Below, in pieces: positions 36,618 through 46,493 of a stretch of 64,000 bases of DNA. The notes beneath the pieces are model-generated. The model searched no databases and was not told where the DNA came from. It saw nothing but the letters and a program-made list of their open reading frames with translations. The DNA comes from Dehalococcoidia bacterium (lineage in GTDB: Bacteria; Chloroflexota; Dehalococcoidia; Bin125). How positions within the stretch are numbered: position 1 is the stretch's first letter; the number at the start of each line of letters is the position of its first letter. Position numbers and translations under genes: made by a program. The stretch is taken from assembly GCA_965200625.1 (NCBI GenBank), contig OZ241375.1, positions 8,234 through 72,233 on the forward strand. Direction: 5' to 3'.

Positions 36618-39600
36618 TTATGAGGCAGGCGCATCCGCGAGCGGCACGCGGAGGGACTCACCGGTAGCGGTGAGCAACATATACGCTTCCGCAACATGTA
36701 TATCTGAGGCGGCAAGCATTGCCGTATACGCCTGGATTTGCTGGTTATAGTGTTCGCGCCGTTCGGCGGGCAGGGTGGTATCCGACTTGTAGTCAACGAG
36801 GATCCAGCGATCCTGTTCGGCAAAGAGCAGGTCGGCGACGCCCTCGGTGATTGTCGTTGCGCCGTCTGCGGTGGCGATCGTGGTCAGCGGCAACTCGCGG
36901 TGGACGACCGCGGCGCGGGCGGCGCGTTGGAGGAGCTCCGATTGCAGCGCCCGCTCGACGTGCTCCAGCACGGGTTCGGGCGGCAGCTGACGGGCGCGGC
37001 AGATGCGCCGGGCGCGTTGAAGGGTGATCTCGGATCGCGCGAAGTCGGCGGCTTCGAGCGCCTCGTGCACGGCGCTGCCGAAGTCGAGCGGACTGAGCGC
37101 GACGCTGTCTGATTCGTTCGGCTCGTCCGACTCGTTCGACTGGTTCGGTTCGTCGTCGGCGGCTGGCGTCCAGGGATGGAGGCTCGAGGGCGTGCGCGGC
37201 GTGATTTGGCGGAGGCCGCCGGCGAGGGCGTCGGCGTGCCGCGCGCGCCACGCCTGGCGCAGCTCGTCGAGCGGCGGGAGGCGCAGCACGGGCCGCGGCG
37301 CGGGGGCGGCGTCGAAGCGGTGCGGCGCGACGACCGCGGTGTCGCGGTTGGCGCGGTCGGTGAGCCAGTGCGGATCGGCGTCGTCGAGGTAGGTGTGGAA
37401 CGAGACGCGCTGGCGAATGCTGTCGGCGGGGAAGGAGGGCAGGATCAGCCAGTCGCGGGCGCGGGTGGCGGCGACATAGAGCATCCGCCGCGCTTCGGCG
37501 TCGGCGTAGACGCGGTCGCGGCGCTGGGCGCTGAGGTAGCCGGACGTGCGGAAGTAGGGATGGTCGCGGCCGTCGCCAATCTGGAATTCGACGCGGTCAT
37601 TGGGCCGGTCAACGATGCACTCGACGCCCCCGCCGGGCTGGTCTTGCAGCTTGGGCAGGATCACGATCGGGAACTCCAACCCCTTGGCCTGGTGGATGGT
37701 GAGGATGCGCACGGCGTCGTCGTCGGCTTCGGTGGTGGGCGACTCAGACTCGGGCAGGTTGCGGACGCCGCGTTGGGTGAGCCAGCGGACGAAGGGGCGC
37801 AGGCTGTCTTCGTCGTTGTCGGCGAAGTGGGCGGCGCGTTGGACGAGCATCCGCAGGTTGGCCTGCCGCTGGCGCATCTGCGCCGGGCTGGCGCCGACCG
37901 CCTGCGCGGGCAGCAGGCCGGAGTCGCGGATCACATGATCGACCAGCTCGGGCAGACGGAATCGAGGCAGCGCGCGGCGCAGCGCGGCGAGCGCCGCCAG
38001 CGGCTCGCGCAGCCGACCGGTGTAGGCCTCGGGCAGCGGCTCGGCGTCAAGCGTGAGCGGCCGGCCGTCGAGCGCCGCGCGCAGCTGGTACAGCTCAGCA
38101 TCGGAGGCGGCAGCGAGCGGTGATTTGAGCACGGCGAGGACGGCCGCCTCGTCGGTCGGATCGTCCAGCACTTGCAGCAGCCGCGCGACGGCGCGAATCT
38201 CCGGCTGCTGGTAGAAGCCTTGTCCGCTGTCGAAGTGGTAGGGGACGCCGGCGCGGTCGAGGGCGGCGGTGTAGAGCTCCGCGCCCGTGCGGGTGCGGAG
38301 GAGCACGGCAATGTCGCGGTATTGGGGACGTCGGGTTTCCTCGCCCTCGGGTAGCGCACCCAGCGGGGCGTCCGCTTCGCGGAGGGCGGTGATCAGGTTG
38401 GCGATCAGCGCCGCCTCGCCCTCGCGCGCCTCGCCGGCGCGGCGGAATTGGCGGCGGCTGGGGATCACGGCGACGCCGACCTCCGCGTCCGTCCGATACG
38501 GCACGGTCGGCTCCCAGCGCGCCTGGGCGCGCGGATAGTGCGGGTCGGGCTGGAGCGCCGCGCGGAGAATGCGGTTCTGCCAGTCGATCAGCTGCGGTCG
38601 GGCGCGGAAGTTGACGCTCAGCGTGGCCAGCGCGGCGGTCTCGGGCGAGGCCGCGAAGCGGTCGCGGACCTGTTCGTAGATGTCGATGTCGGCGCGGCGG
38701 AAGCGGTAGATCGACTGCTTGGGATCGCCAGCGAGCACCAGGCGGCCGGGTCCGGGCCGCGCCTGCGTCCAGTCGTCGGTATCGGGCTCGGCGGCGAGCA
38801 GCAGCGCGATCTGGGCTTGCAATGGATCTGTGTCCTGGAACTCGTCAATCAGGATCGTGCGGTAGCGCGCGCGCAGGCCGCGCCGCGCCTCGGCCGAGCG
38901 CGCGAGCAGGTCGCGGGTTTCGAGCAGCAGGTCGTCATAACTGAGCAGACCGGCGCGGCGGCGCTGCGCCGCGTCCGCCTCGATCAGCTCGCGCAGGCCC
39001 ACGGTCAGCGCGGCCAGGACGCGGTCGCGCTCGCGCTGCTCCGGCGCGTCGTCGGTGGACGCTTCTAGCGGTTCGGAGGACTCGGAGTGGACGTAGTCGG
39101 CGGTCAGGTCGCGGTGGCGGGCGAGCTGTTCGGCGGCGGCGCGGAGATCGCGCAGTTGCAGGCCGAGATCGAGCGCCCGCGCGAGGTCCGCCTGCGGCGG
39201 TTGGCTGCTCCACAGCCAGGAGCGCCAGGATTGGGCGAAGCGCAGGTCGGCCTGGAGTTGGTCGAGGACGCGGAAGTCAGGATCGAGCCCGGCCTCGAGC
39301 GCCCGCTCACGCAGGAGGTTGGCGGCGAAGGCGTGGATTGTCTGGATCGGCGCGGCGTCAACGTCGCGCAGCGCGCTAACCAGGCCGGCGGCGGCGAGTT
39401 CGGCGCGGATGCGCTCGCGCAGCTCGGCGGCGGCCTTCTCCGTGAAGGTAATGGCGACGATCTCGGGCAACGCGCGTCCTTGCCGCACCAGATTGACGAC
39501 CCGCGCGACGAGCACCGAGGTCTTGCCCGAGCCGGCGCCCGCCTCAAGGAAGAAGGAGGTGTCCAGGTCGTGGATGATGCGTTCGCGCACCTCGTGGTCG

Positions 39601-39623
39601 GCGGGTCGCGGCGGGTCAGTCAC
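36618..39623 (-). CDS. addA: AddA-type ATP-dependent helicase/nuclease subunit A (UvrD-like helicase plus C-terminal PD-(D/E)xK nuclease)
   Basis: GAGSGKTSVL Walker A, UvrD motifs, RecB-type nuclease C-terminus. Confidence 0.85.
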   Translation of the reverse strand: MTDPPRPADHEVRERIIHDLDTSFFLEAGAGSGKTSVLVARVVNLVRQGRALPEIVAITFTEKAAAELRERIRAELAAAGLVSALRDVDAAPIQTIHAFAANLLRERALEAGLDPDFRVLDQLQADLRFAQSWRSWLWSSQPPQADLARALDLGLQLRDLRAAAEQLARHRDLTADYVHSESSEPLEASTDDAPEQRERDRVLAALTVGLRELIEADAAQRRRAGLLSYDDLLLETRDLLARSAEARRGLRARYRTILIDEFQDTDPLQAQIALLLAAEPDTDDWTQARPGPGRLVLAGDPKQSIYRFRRADIDIYEQVRDRFAASPETAALATLSVNFRARPQLIDWQNRILRAALQPDPHYPRAQARWEPTVPYRTDAEVGVAVIPSRRQFRRAGEAREGEAALIANLITALREADAPLGALPEGEETRRPQYRDIAVLLRTRTGAELYTAALDRAGVPYHFDSGQGFYQQPEIRAVARLLQVLDDPTDEAAVLAVLKSPLAAASDAELYQLRAALDGRPLTLDAEPLPEAYTGRLREPLAALAALRRALPRFRLPELVDHVIRDSGLLPAQAVGASPAQMRQRQANLRMLVQRAAHFADNDEDSLRPFVRWLTQRGVRNLPESESPTTEADDDAVRILTIHQAKGLEFPIVILPKLQDQPGGGVECIVDRPNDRVEFQIGDGRDHPYFRTSGYLSAQRRDRVYADAEARRMLYVAATRARDWLILPSFPADSIRQRVSFHTYLDDADPHWLTDRANRDTAVVAPHRFDAAPAPRPVLRLPPLDELRQAWRARHADALAGGLRQITPRTPSSLHPWTPAADDEPNQSNESDEPNESDSVALSPLDFGSAVHEALEAADFARSEITLQRARRICRARQLPPEPVLEHVERALQSELLQRAARAAVVHRELPLTTIATADGATTITEGVADLLFAEQDRWILVDYKSDTTLPAERREHYNQQIQAYTAMLAASDIHVAEAYMLLTATGESLRVPLADAPAS

Positions 39624-42600
39624 AGGCGTCGCCGGCGGTAGCTTTCGAGCTCTCGGACAGCGTCCTGGTGTTGGCGTGACTTGTGCTCGTAGCGGCGGCC
39701 GAGATCGGCGGTGCAGGCCGACTCATATGGGCAGCGGACGCAGTTGGGCCGCGCCTGCGGCGGATTGCCGGGATAGGGGATGAAGTTGGCGGCTTCCAGC
39801 TGATCGGCGAGCAGCGCGAGGGCGTCGCGCAGCCGCTCGCCGTCGCTGGCCGCGCCGCGCCCGCCGCGCCCGCCGCGTCTGGTCAGCGACTCCCCGGTGA
39901 TCCTCTGCGACTGAAACTGGCCGCGGCTCGTGATCGAGCGGTGCTCCACCTCTGCCGCCCGGATCAACGCGCCGCGGGCGGTCAGACCGCTCAGGCTGAC
40001 GACCGACTGGAACGAGGAGCCGTTGATGAAGCCGCGCACGTCGGGCAGCGTCTCGCCGCTGAAGAACTGGAGCGCGCGCTGGCGGCCGTCGGCGTGGACG
40101 TCGATGCGGTCGATGACGCCGCGCAGGCGCAGCGTCCGTCCGCCGCTCACGCGGAGCGGGGCGTCGGCGAAGGCGGCGTTGACCGCGAGCGGCCGCCAGC
40201 CGGCGCGGGCGTCCTCGACCTCGCGGCGGCGGACGCGGTCGAGGTCGTGGAGCAGCTCGCGGCGGACGGCAGCGACAGCGGCCGGCGGGCCGAGCGCGCC
40301 GCGCTCCGCCGCCGCGTCGAGGCTGGGTTGAGCGACGGCGTCCAGCCGGTGGGCATCGTTGGCGTAGTCCAGCCAGCTGTAGTCGGACTGGAGCGGCTCA
40401 TGCGCACGCGCCCAGCGGGCGAGGATGCGGCGCAGCAGCTGGCCGCGCTCGCGGCGCTGCTGCTCGTCGGGGCGTTCTGCCTCGGCGTCGGCCGGGACGC
40501 CGAGCAGGTACCGCAGATAGAAGCGGTAAGGGCAGACGGCATACGTTTCCAACGCCGCCGCAGTCCAGACGCGCTCCAGCGGACGCCACTCGCCGTCGGC
40601 GGCGACGCTCGGCTCGAGCAGGCCGTCGTAGTCGGTGAAGCGGGCGGCGTTGCGCTGACGGCGAGCGCGGTCGGTCGGGTCGGCGGCAGGCCAGAGCTGC
40701 GGCAGCAGCGCCCCCAGATCGACGTCTGGCGCGGTCAGCAGGGCCAGGTCGAGGCTGCGTTCGTCGGTCGCGTGCAGCGCGCTCGCCCAGTCGTCGGCCT
40801 CGCGCTCGGCGGCTGCCGTTGGCGGCGCGGCGGTAGCAGTGGCAATCCGCTCCAGCCGCCCGCTGGCGATCAACTCCGCTTCGGTCAGCAACGCGGCGGA
40901 GTCGGTCAGCGGCGCGGCGGCGGCCTCGAGGATCAGCGAGGAGGGCCGCGACGGTCCGCCGACGGCGGTGCTGCGCCGACTCCAGCTGGCGCTGAACTGC
41001 TGGACGGCGGCGCGGCGGGCGAGCGCCCAGGCGTGACGATCGCTGTCTCCGCGCTCGCGCTGGAGCGCGAGGGCGTCAGGGATGCGCGTGTTGATTCGCG
41101 CGCGCGCATCGTCGCCGAGCAGCGGGTCCTCGCGGCCGACGGCGGGCAAGACGCGCTCGGCGGCGCCGGCGACGAAGACGGCGTCATAACGGATGCCCCG
41201 CGCCGGCCCGCTCACCGCGCCGACATTGACCCCGCCGATCAGTCGGCGCGGATCGCGCACCGTCCGCGAGCGGAAGGCGCGCTGGAGCGCGGTCAGGCCG
41301 TCCGCCGCCGACCAGTCCGCACCGAGCGCACCATGCGCACCAGCCGCACCGTGCGCATCATGGGCGCGAAGCTGATCGAGGACATCATGCACGGCGCTTT
41401 GGAGATCTGCGTCTGGATCGTCCTGCGAATCGCCGAGATAGGCGCGGCTCGCCTCGAGCAGCAGGTCGGCGGCGGTCTGCCAGGAGTCGGCGGCGGTCAG
41501 AGCTTGACTGCGTGCGCAGAGGTCAGTGGTGAGCGCGATCAGATCGCGGTGTTCGCTGTCCTCGTCGTTAGTGAACTGGGCGGCGAGGCGCTGAGCCATG
41601 GCCTCCAGTCCGCGCGTCCAGCCGGCCCCGATCGCGAGCTGCTCCCAGCGGGCCGGGCGGCGAACGATCCCCAGCGGCTGCGCCCGCAGAGAGCGGTGGG
41701 CGAGCCAGTCGAGCAGCTCGCTGCGCTCGACCGCGTCGGGGGCGAGCAGGACACGCGCCAGGCCGAGCGCGGCGCGGCCGGGCGGGGTGTCGACGAGTTG
41801 GCGGCCGCCGATCCGCCAGGCGGGGACGCCGGCGCGGGCGAGGGCGGCGCAGATGCGTTCGTCGGCGGGCGCGCCCTGCTGATGCAGCACGGCGATGCGG
41901 TGGAAGGCGACGCCCTGCCGACCCAGCTGCAGGATGCGGCTGGCGAGCTCGTCCGCTTCAGCGGTCGGATCGCCGACGCTGAAGTAGCGGTCCGGGGCGA
42001 GCGGCGCGGGCGCGAGGGTGGACTGAATGACGCGCAGGTTCAGCTCGCGCCGCAGCGCGTCGAGCGTGCGCCGCGGCGGACTGACAGGATCGAGAGTGGG
42101 ATCGAGCGCAGGCGCGACAAGCAGCATCCGCACGTCGGCGGCGCGGGCGAGGCGGGCGATCAGCAGCCGCTGGATGCGGGTCAGGTCGTAGATCCCGGAG
42201 ATGATCAGCGGCGCGCCGCCCAGCGCTTCGCGGAACGCGCGATCGGGCGTGGCCGGGCTGATCGCGTCTTCGTAGCGCGAGGTGCGGTCGGCGGCGACGG
42301 CCACGACCTCGCGCCAGGCGGCGAAGACGGTCTGCAGATCGCTGAGCGGTAGGTCACTGGGTAGGTCACTGGGTAGGTCACTGGGTAGGTCACTGGGCGG
42401 CAGGTCGGCGGGCGCGAGCGCCGCCTCGCGGAGGTCGGTGAGGGTGCGCAGCAGGGCGGCGGGGACGCCGGGCGCGTCCGGATTCAGCCGGCGCAGCGGC
42501 AGTCCGCGCAGGACGCGGCGCAGGGAGGCGAGGTCGGCGCCGGCCGGCCAGGCGCGCCGCGCGGGCGCATCGCCGCGCTGGGCCGCGGCCTGGGCGAGGT

Positions 42601-42799
42601 CAACGGGCGTGAAGCCGTAGACGGCGGCCAGCGCGCCCCCGTTCGCCTCGGCCAGCAAACGCTGCACGGCCAGCCGTTGGAGGGCGGAGCCGTGCAGAAC
42701 ATTGAGCCGCGCCAGCGGAGCCGAGCGTTCACCAACCAGCTGAATCAAACGCCGCTCATTCGCAGCCGGGTCAGGCAGCAGCTCAATCGTCAGGGGCAT
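39620..42799 (-). CDS. addB: AddB-type helicase/nuclease subunit B (RecB-family nuclease with a Cys-rich Fe-S motif CVRCPYESAC at the C-terminus)
   Basis: ORF track. 4-bp overlap with addA. Four cysteines in a CxxCPYxxxC arrangement. Confidence 0.8.
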   Translation of the reverse strand: MPLTIELLPDPAANERRLIQLVGERSAPLARLNVLHGSALQRLAVQRLLAEANGGALAAVYGFTPVDLAQAAAQRGDAPARRAWPAGADLASLRRVLRGLPLRRLNPDAPGVPAALLRTLTDLREAALAPADLPPSDLPSDLPSDLPSDLPLSDLQTVFAAWREVVAVAADRTSRYEDAISPATPDRAFREALGGAPLIISGIYDLTRIQRLLIARLARAADVRMLLVAPALDPTLDPVSPPRRTLDALRRELNLRVIQSTLAPAPLAPDRYFSVGDPTAEADELASRILQLGRQGVAFHRIAVLHQQGAPADERICAALARAGVPAWRIGGRQLVDTPPGRAALGLARVLLAPDAVERSELLDWLAHRSLRAQPLGIVRRPARWEQLAIGAGWTRGLEAMAQRLAAQFTNDEDSEHRDLIALTTDLCARSQALTAADSWQTAADLLLEASRAYLGDSQDDPDADLQSAVHDVLDQLRAHDAHGAAGAHGALGADWSAADGLTALQRAFRSRTVRDPRRLIGGVNVGAVSGPARGIRYDAVFVAGAAERVLPAVGREDPLLGDDARARINTRIPDALALQRERGDSDRHAWALARRAAVQQFSASWSRRSTAVGGPSRPSSLILEAAAAPLTDSAALLTEAELIASGRLERIATATAAPPTAAAEREADDWASALHATDERSLDLALLTAPDVDLGALLPQLWPAADPTDRARRQRNAARFTDYDGLLEPSVAADGEWRPLERVWTAAALETYAVCPYRFYLRYLLGVPADAEAERPDEQQRRERGQLLRRILARWARAHEPLQSDYSWLDYANDAHRLDAVAQPSLDAAAERGALGPPAAVAAVRRELLHDLDRVRRREVEDARAGWRPLAVNAAFADAPLRVSGGRTLRLRGVIDRIDVHADGRQRALQFFSGETLPDVRGFINGSSFQSVVSLSGLTARGALIRAAEVEHRSITSRGQFQSQRITGESLTRRGGRGGRGAASDGERLRDALALLADQLEAANFIPYPGNPPQARPNCVRCPYESACTADLGRRYEHKSRQHQDAVRELESYRRRRL
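42349..42396. repeat. perfect 12-bp tandem repeat (gtaggtcactgg) x4 plus a degenerate fifth unit, inside addB, encoding (PSDL)n
   Basis: Visible directly in the sequence. In frame (12 nt). Confidence 0.9.
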
Positions 42800-42811
42800 G
42801 GATTGAGGGTA

Positions 42812-44212
42812 TTACCCCTGCTCCGCCTGCAACCGCCGGCGCAGCTCCGCCATCAAACGATTGCCCTTCTTCACGTTGCAGGTGCGGCAGAGCAGTTGGA
42901 CGTTTTCCCAGATGTGCTCTCCGCCTCTGGAGCGGGGGATGACGTGATCGAGGTCCGTCGTGTCGATCCAGTCTTCCGGGATCACGCGGCGGCAGCCGTT
43001 GCAGCGCTCGTCCTGCTCCCGCCACAACCGCTCAAGGACGGTGAGGCGTGGTTGGGTGATGGGCGTGCCCGCGGGCAAGTCGGTGCGGAGCGGTTCGTCG
43101 GTGCGCTGGATGGGATCGTGATACGGGATGCCGAAGTTGGTCTGGCCCGTGTCATTCTGCATCCGCCTGATGCGCTCATCACAGAGCGTGACGGCCAGGG
43201 ACGACACGTCAATCCCAATCCAGCGCCGGCCCAGCTGCTCCGCGGCGACGCAGGCGGTGGCTCAGCCGCAGAAGGGGTCGAGCACGATGTCGCCGGGGTT
43301 GGAGGACGCCTGCACGATCCGTTCCAGCAGCTTGAGCGGCTTCTGCGTCGGATAGCCAACGCGCTCCGTTTGATTCGTGAGCGGCGCGATGTCGCTCCAC
43401 CAATCCTCCGGCACTTTGCCTCGGCCGAACAGCTCCTCCACTGTTTCCGGCGTGCGTCGGCCTTCCGTTTCCACAGACGGCGCGATGATGCTCTCCGCGC
43501 CTTCGGTCCGCCCCCGACGCGCGATCGTTTCGGCGCTGAACGGGATGCGGACGGCGTCAGCGTTGAAGTTCGCCTGGTTGGACGCGGCGTACAGTAGAAG
43601 AATGTCGTGCTTACGTTTAAAGTGACGCTTGACGTTCCCCGGCCCCGTGTAGCACCAAGCGATTTCATTGCGAAAATTAGATCTGCCGAAGACGGCGTCC
43701 AGGAGTTGTTTCAGGTAGTGGCTTGCAGTGGGATCGCAATGCAAGTACAGACTGCCGGAGGGCTTCAGAATACGCTGCATCTCGACCAGACGCATCGCCA
43801 TGAAGGCCAGGTAGGCGCCCATCTGCTCGCCGGCGGTGGACTCGGCGGTTTCGATCAGGGCGCGAACGGGAGACGCCACGTGGAGCGCATCGAGCCATTG
43901 CCGTTTCACCGACTCTTCGAACGCGCCGGCCGCTGATTCTGCCGCGGTGATCGTGTCGTCCCAGGTCCAGATGTCATTGAAGGACGCGCCTTCCGCGTCT
44001 GAGCCGATCGGCGCGTGCCACATCTTGCCGGTGTTGAAGGGCGGATCGAGATAGATCAGGTCAACGGATTGAGAGTCGATCCCCCGCAGGATCGGCAGAT
44101 TGTCGCTAGTAAAGATGGTGCGGTTGGCGGGCTGCGTGCCTTGTCCGTCCTCGTGCTGCGCGGTGATGCGGCGAGACGGGAAGGGTGGATCGGAGAGGGG
44201 GCTCGTCAACAC
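42812..44212 (-). pseudogene. beta-class DNA methyltransferase (N6-Ade/N4-Cyt, motif IV DPPF) fused in-frame to a C-terminal HNH endonuclease domain, interrupted by an in-frame TGA (43262-43264) inside MTase motif I. The HNH part (42812-43207) also exists as a GTG-initiated ORF.
   Basis: ORFs 43262..44455 (...DLIYLDPPFNTGK...DIVLDPFCG*) and 42812..43207 (HNH: DLDHVIPRSRGGEHIWENVQLLCRTCNVKKGN) are in the same frame. The 18 codons between them read ATACVAAEQLGRRWIGID, the rest of AdoMet motif I. The MTase start is placed at GTG ~44212 because ORF-track M 44455 would overlap glnB. Confidence 0.65.
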
Positions 44213-44336
44213 ATCGCCCTGTCGTTTGGCTGCGTTCCTCCGGCTCACTGTAGCGGGGACGCGGGAAGCGGGGGCGGCTCTTTCGAGCTGCCCCCGCTCC
44301 AACCGGTCCCCGCGGAGGGGGCTGGGCCGCCGGTGC

Positions 44337-44675
44337 TTAGACAGCGGCCGGGCCCCGTTCGCGGGTGCGCACGCGGACGGCGTCCTCGACGGGCAGGACG
44401 AAGATCTTGCCGTCCCCGATTTGGCCACTCGCCGCGTTCTCGACAATCGCGTCAATCACGTCGTCCAGGGGCGTCGTGTGGATCACGATTTCGATCTTGA
44501 TCTTGGGCAGGTAATCAACCTGCACCTGCTGGCCACGGAATTCCTGGACGACGCCCTTCTGCGCGCCGCGGCCGCGGACTTCGGAGATGGTCATCGAGAC
44601 GATCCCGATTGCTTCGAGCGCCGTGCGCACGACGGAGAGACGCTCGGGGCGGATGATGGCGATCACCAGTTTCAT
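44337..44675 (-). CDS. glnB: nitrogen regulatory protein P-II
   Basis: MKLVIAIIRPERL...RGRGAQKG...GDGKIFV is unmistakable P-II. Confidence 0.9.
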   Translation of the reverse strand: MKLVIAIIRPERLSVVRTALEAIGIVSMTISEVRGRGAQKGVVQEFRGQQVQVDYLPKIKIEIVIHTTPLDDVIDAIVENAASGQIGDGKIFVLPVEDAVRVRTRERGPAAV

Positions 44676-44765
44676 GGTCGGGTTCCTTTCTGGGGGAACG
44701 GAAGCGGCGGCGGACGGCGGGCGGGATACGGCCCGCCGCCCGCCGCCGGAATGGGCGCGCGGCGC

Positions 44766-46250
44766 TCAGTCGCCGCCGGCCGGGCTGGCGGCGGGCAGTT
44801 CCTCCAGGGCGGAGACTTCGACCGCCGTGCCGGGCGCGACCGTCGGGAACTCGGGGTAGGCGCCGATGCCGTGCTCCTGGACGTCGAGGCCGGCCAGCTC
44901 TTCCTGCTCCGAGACGCGCAGCCCGATGGTGTGCTTGATCACGAAGAAGAGGATGCCTGCAGTCACGGTGGTCCAGGCGAAGATCGAGAGCACGCCGATC
45001 AGCTGTTCGAGCAGGGCGCGGAAGCCGCCGCCCATGAACAGACCGTAGCCGGGCGCGCCCCAGGCCTCGGCCGCGCCGGCGGTAGCGAAGAGGCCGACCG
45101 CCATTGTGCCCCAGACGCCGCACACGCCGTGCACGGAAATTGCGCCGACCGGGTCGTCGACGCGAATGCGGTCGAACGTCTCCACCGCGAAGACCACGAG
45201 GCCGCCGCCGATCGCGCCGATGAGGAGCGCGGCCCAGGGCTCGACGAAGCCGCAGCCGGCGGTGATTGAGACGAGCCCGGCGAGCGCGCCGTTGAGGGTG
45301 AGGCCGAGGTCGGCCTTGCCGTAGCGCAGCTTGGCGACGGCCATGGCAATAATCGCGCCCGCGCCGGCGGCGAGGGTGGTGTTGATTGCGATCCAGGCGG
45401 CCTCGGTCGCCAGTCCGCCGGAGAGGCCCAGCGTGGAGCCAGGGTTGAAACCGTACCAGCCGAACCAGAGGATGAACATCCCGAGCGAGGCGAGCGTCAT
45501 GTTGTGGCCGGGAATGGCGCGGACTTCGGTCCCGACGTATTTCCCAATCCGCGGGCCGACGAGGATCGCGCCCATCAGCCCGGCCCAGGCGCCGACCGTG
45601 TGGACGAGGGTGGAGCCGGCATAGTCCATGAAGCCGCGCTCGCCGAGCCAGCCGCCGCCCCAGCCCCAGTGAATCACGATCGGGTAGATGATTCCGGTGA
45701 CGAACACGGTGTAGAACAGGTAGGCGCTGAACTTGGTGCGCTCCGCCAGCGCGCCGGAGATGATCGTCGCAGCGGTGGCTGCGAAGGCCCACTGGAAGAA
45801 GAAGACGGCCGCCTTGGAGACGCCGTCCGTCTCGGTCAGGCCGCCGAGTCCGGGGAAGAACGAGTCGCCGCCAATCAGTCCGCCCTGTGAGCCGCCGAAG
45901 GCGAAGCCGAAGCCGACCGCCCACCAGACGACCGCGCCGAGCGAGGCGTCGAGCACGTTCTTCATCAGGATGTTGGTGGTGTTCTTGACCCGCACGAAGC
46001 CAGCCTCGAGCAAGCCGAAGCCGGCCTGCATGAAGAACACCAGGATGCCGGCGATCACGAACCAGATCGTGTCAACGGCGAGGACGAGGTCGGCGAGGCT
46101 GTCGGCCAGCTCCTCGACCTCCTGCGCGCCAGCGACGCTGAGCGTCGCCAGCAGTCCCGTTGCCATGCCGAGGAACAACCCCAGTCCAGGCTTGCGGACA
46201 GCGCCAAGCGAGCGGGGCGTCGTCCTGACCATTCGGGCAAGTGTCATCAT
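44766..46250 (-). CDS. amt: ammonium transporter (Amt family) with signal peptide
   Basis: This is the C-terminal 494 codons of the 1252-aa minus ORF. The start is MMTLARM, directly preceded by an AGGGAGG SD sequence. The remaining upstream part of that ORF is antisense to other genes and is rejected. Confidence 0.9.
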   Translation of the reverse strand: MMTLARMVRTTPRSLGAVRKPGLGLFLGMATGLLATLSVAGAQEVEELADSLADLVLAVDTIWFVIAGILVFFMQAGFGLLEAGFVRVKNTTNILMKNVLDASLGAVVWWAVGFGFAFGGSQGGLIGGDSFFPGLGGLTETDGVSKAAVFFFQWAFAATAATIISGALAERTKFSAYLFYTVFVTGIIYPIVIHWGWGGGWLGERGFMDYAGSTLVHTVGAWAGLMGAILVGPRIGKYVGTEVRAIPGHNMTLASLGMFILWFGWYGFNPGSTLGLSGGLATEAAWIAINTTLAAGAGAIIAMAVAKLRYGKADLGLTLNGALAGLVSITAGCGFVEPWAALLIGAIGGGLVVFAVETFDRIRVDDPVGAISVHGVCGVWGTMAVGLFATAGAAEAWGAPGYGLFMGGGFRALLEQLIGVLSIFAWTTVTAGILFFVIKHTIGLRVSEQEELAGLDVQEHGIGAYPEFPTVAPGTAVEVSALEELPAASPAGGD

Positions 46251-46493
46251 TGCCTCCCTTCCCGAGTGCCGGTCTGATCGCAACCTATGGACGGCTTGGC
46301 CTGCGCTGGTTTCGCTGGAGTTGCGCGCAGATGTCGGTTCGGTTGCGTTGAGATTGCGAACATGTGTCCCCCGGTTACGACTGTGTTTCCGACCCGTCTC
46401 ACACATTGACGCGCAGAGCCGGATAGCGGTTCGGTACGATTGGGCGCAGGACGTCGGGGATTCGCAAGGCTCGGGAGTGAGTGGAGGCTGTCC

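Noticed and set aside
39683-42352. 889-aa plus ORF
   Set aside because: Antisense to addB.
44213-44455. ORF-track N-terminal extension of the methyltransferase (MTRLSRTRRVAKSG...)
   Set aside because: Would overlap glnB by >100 nt on the same strand. Arg/Ser-rich composition. The family-typical N-terminus begins near GTG 44212.
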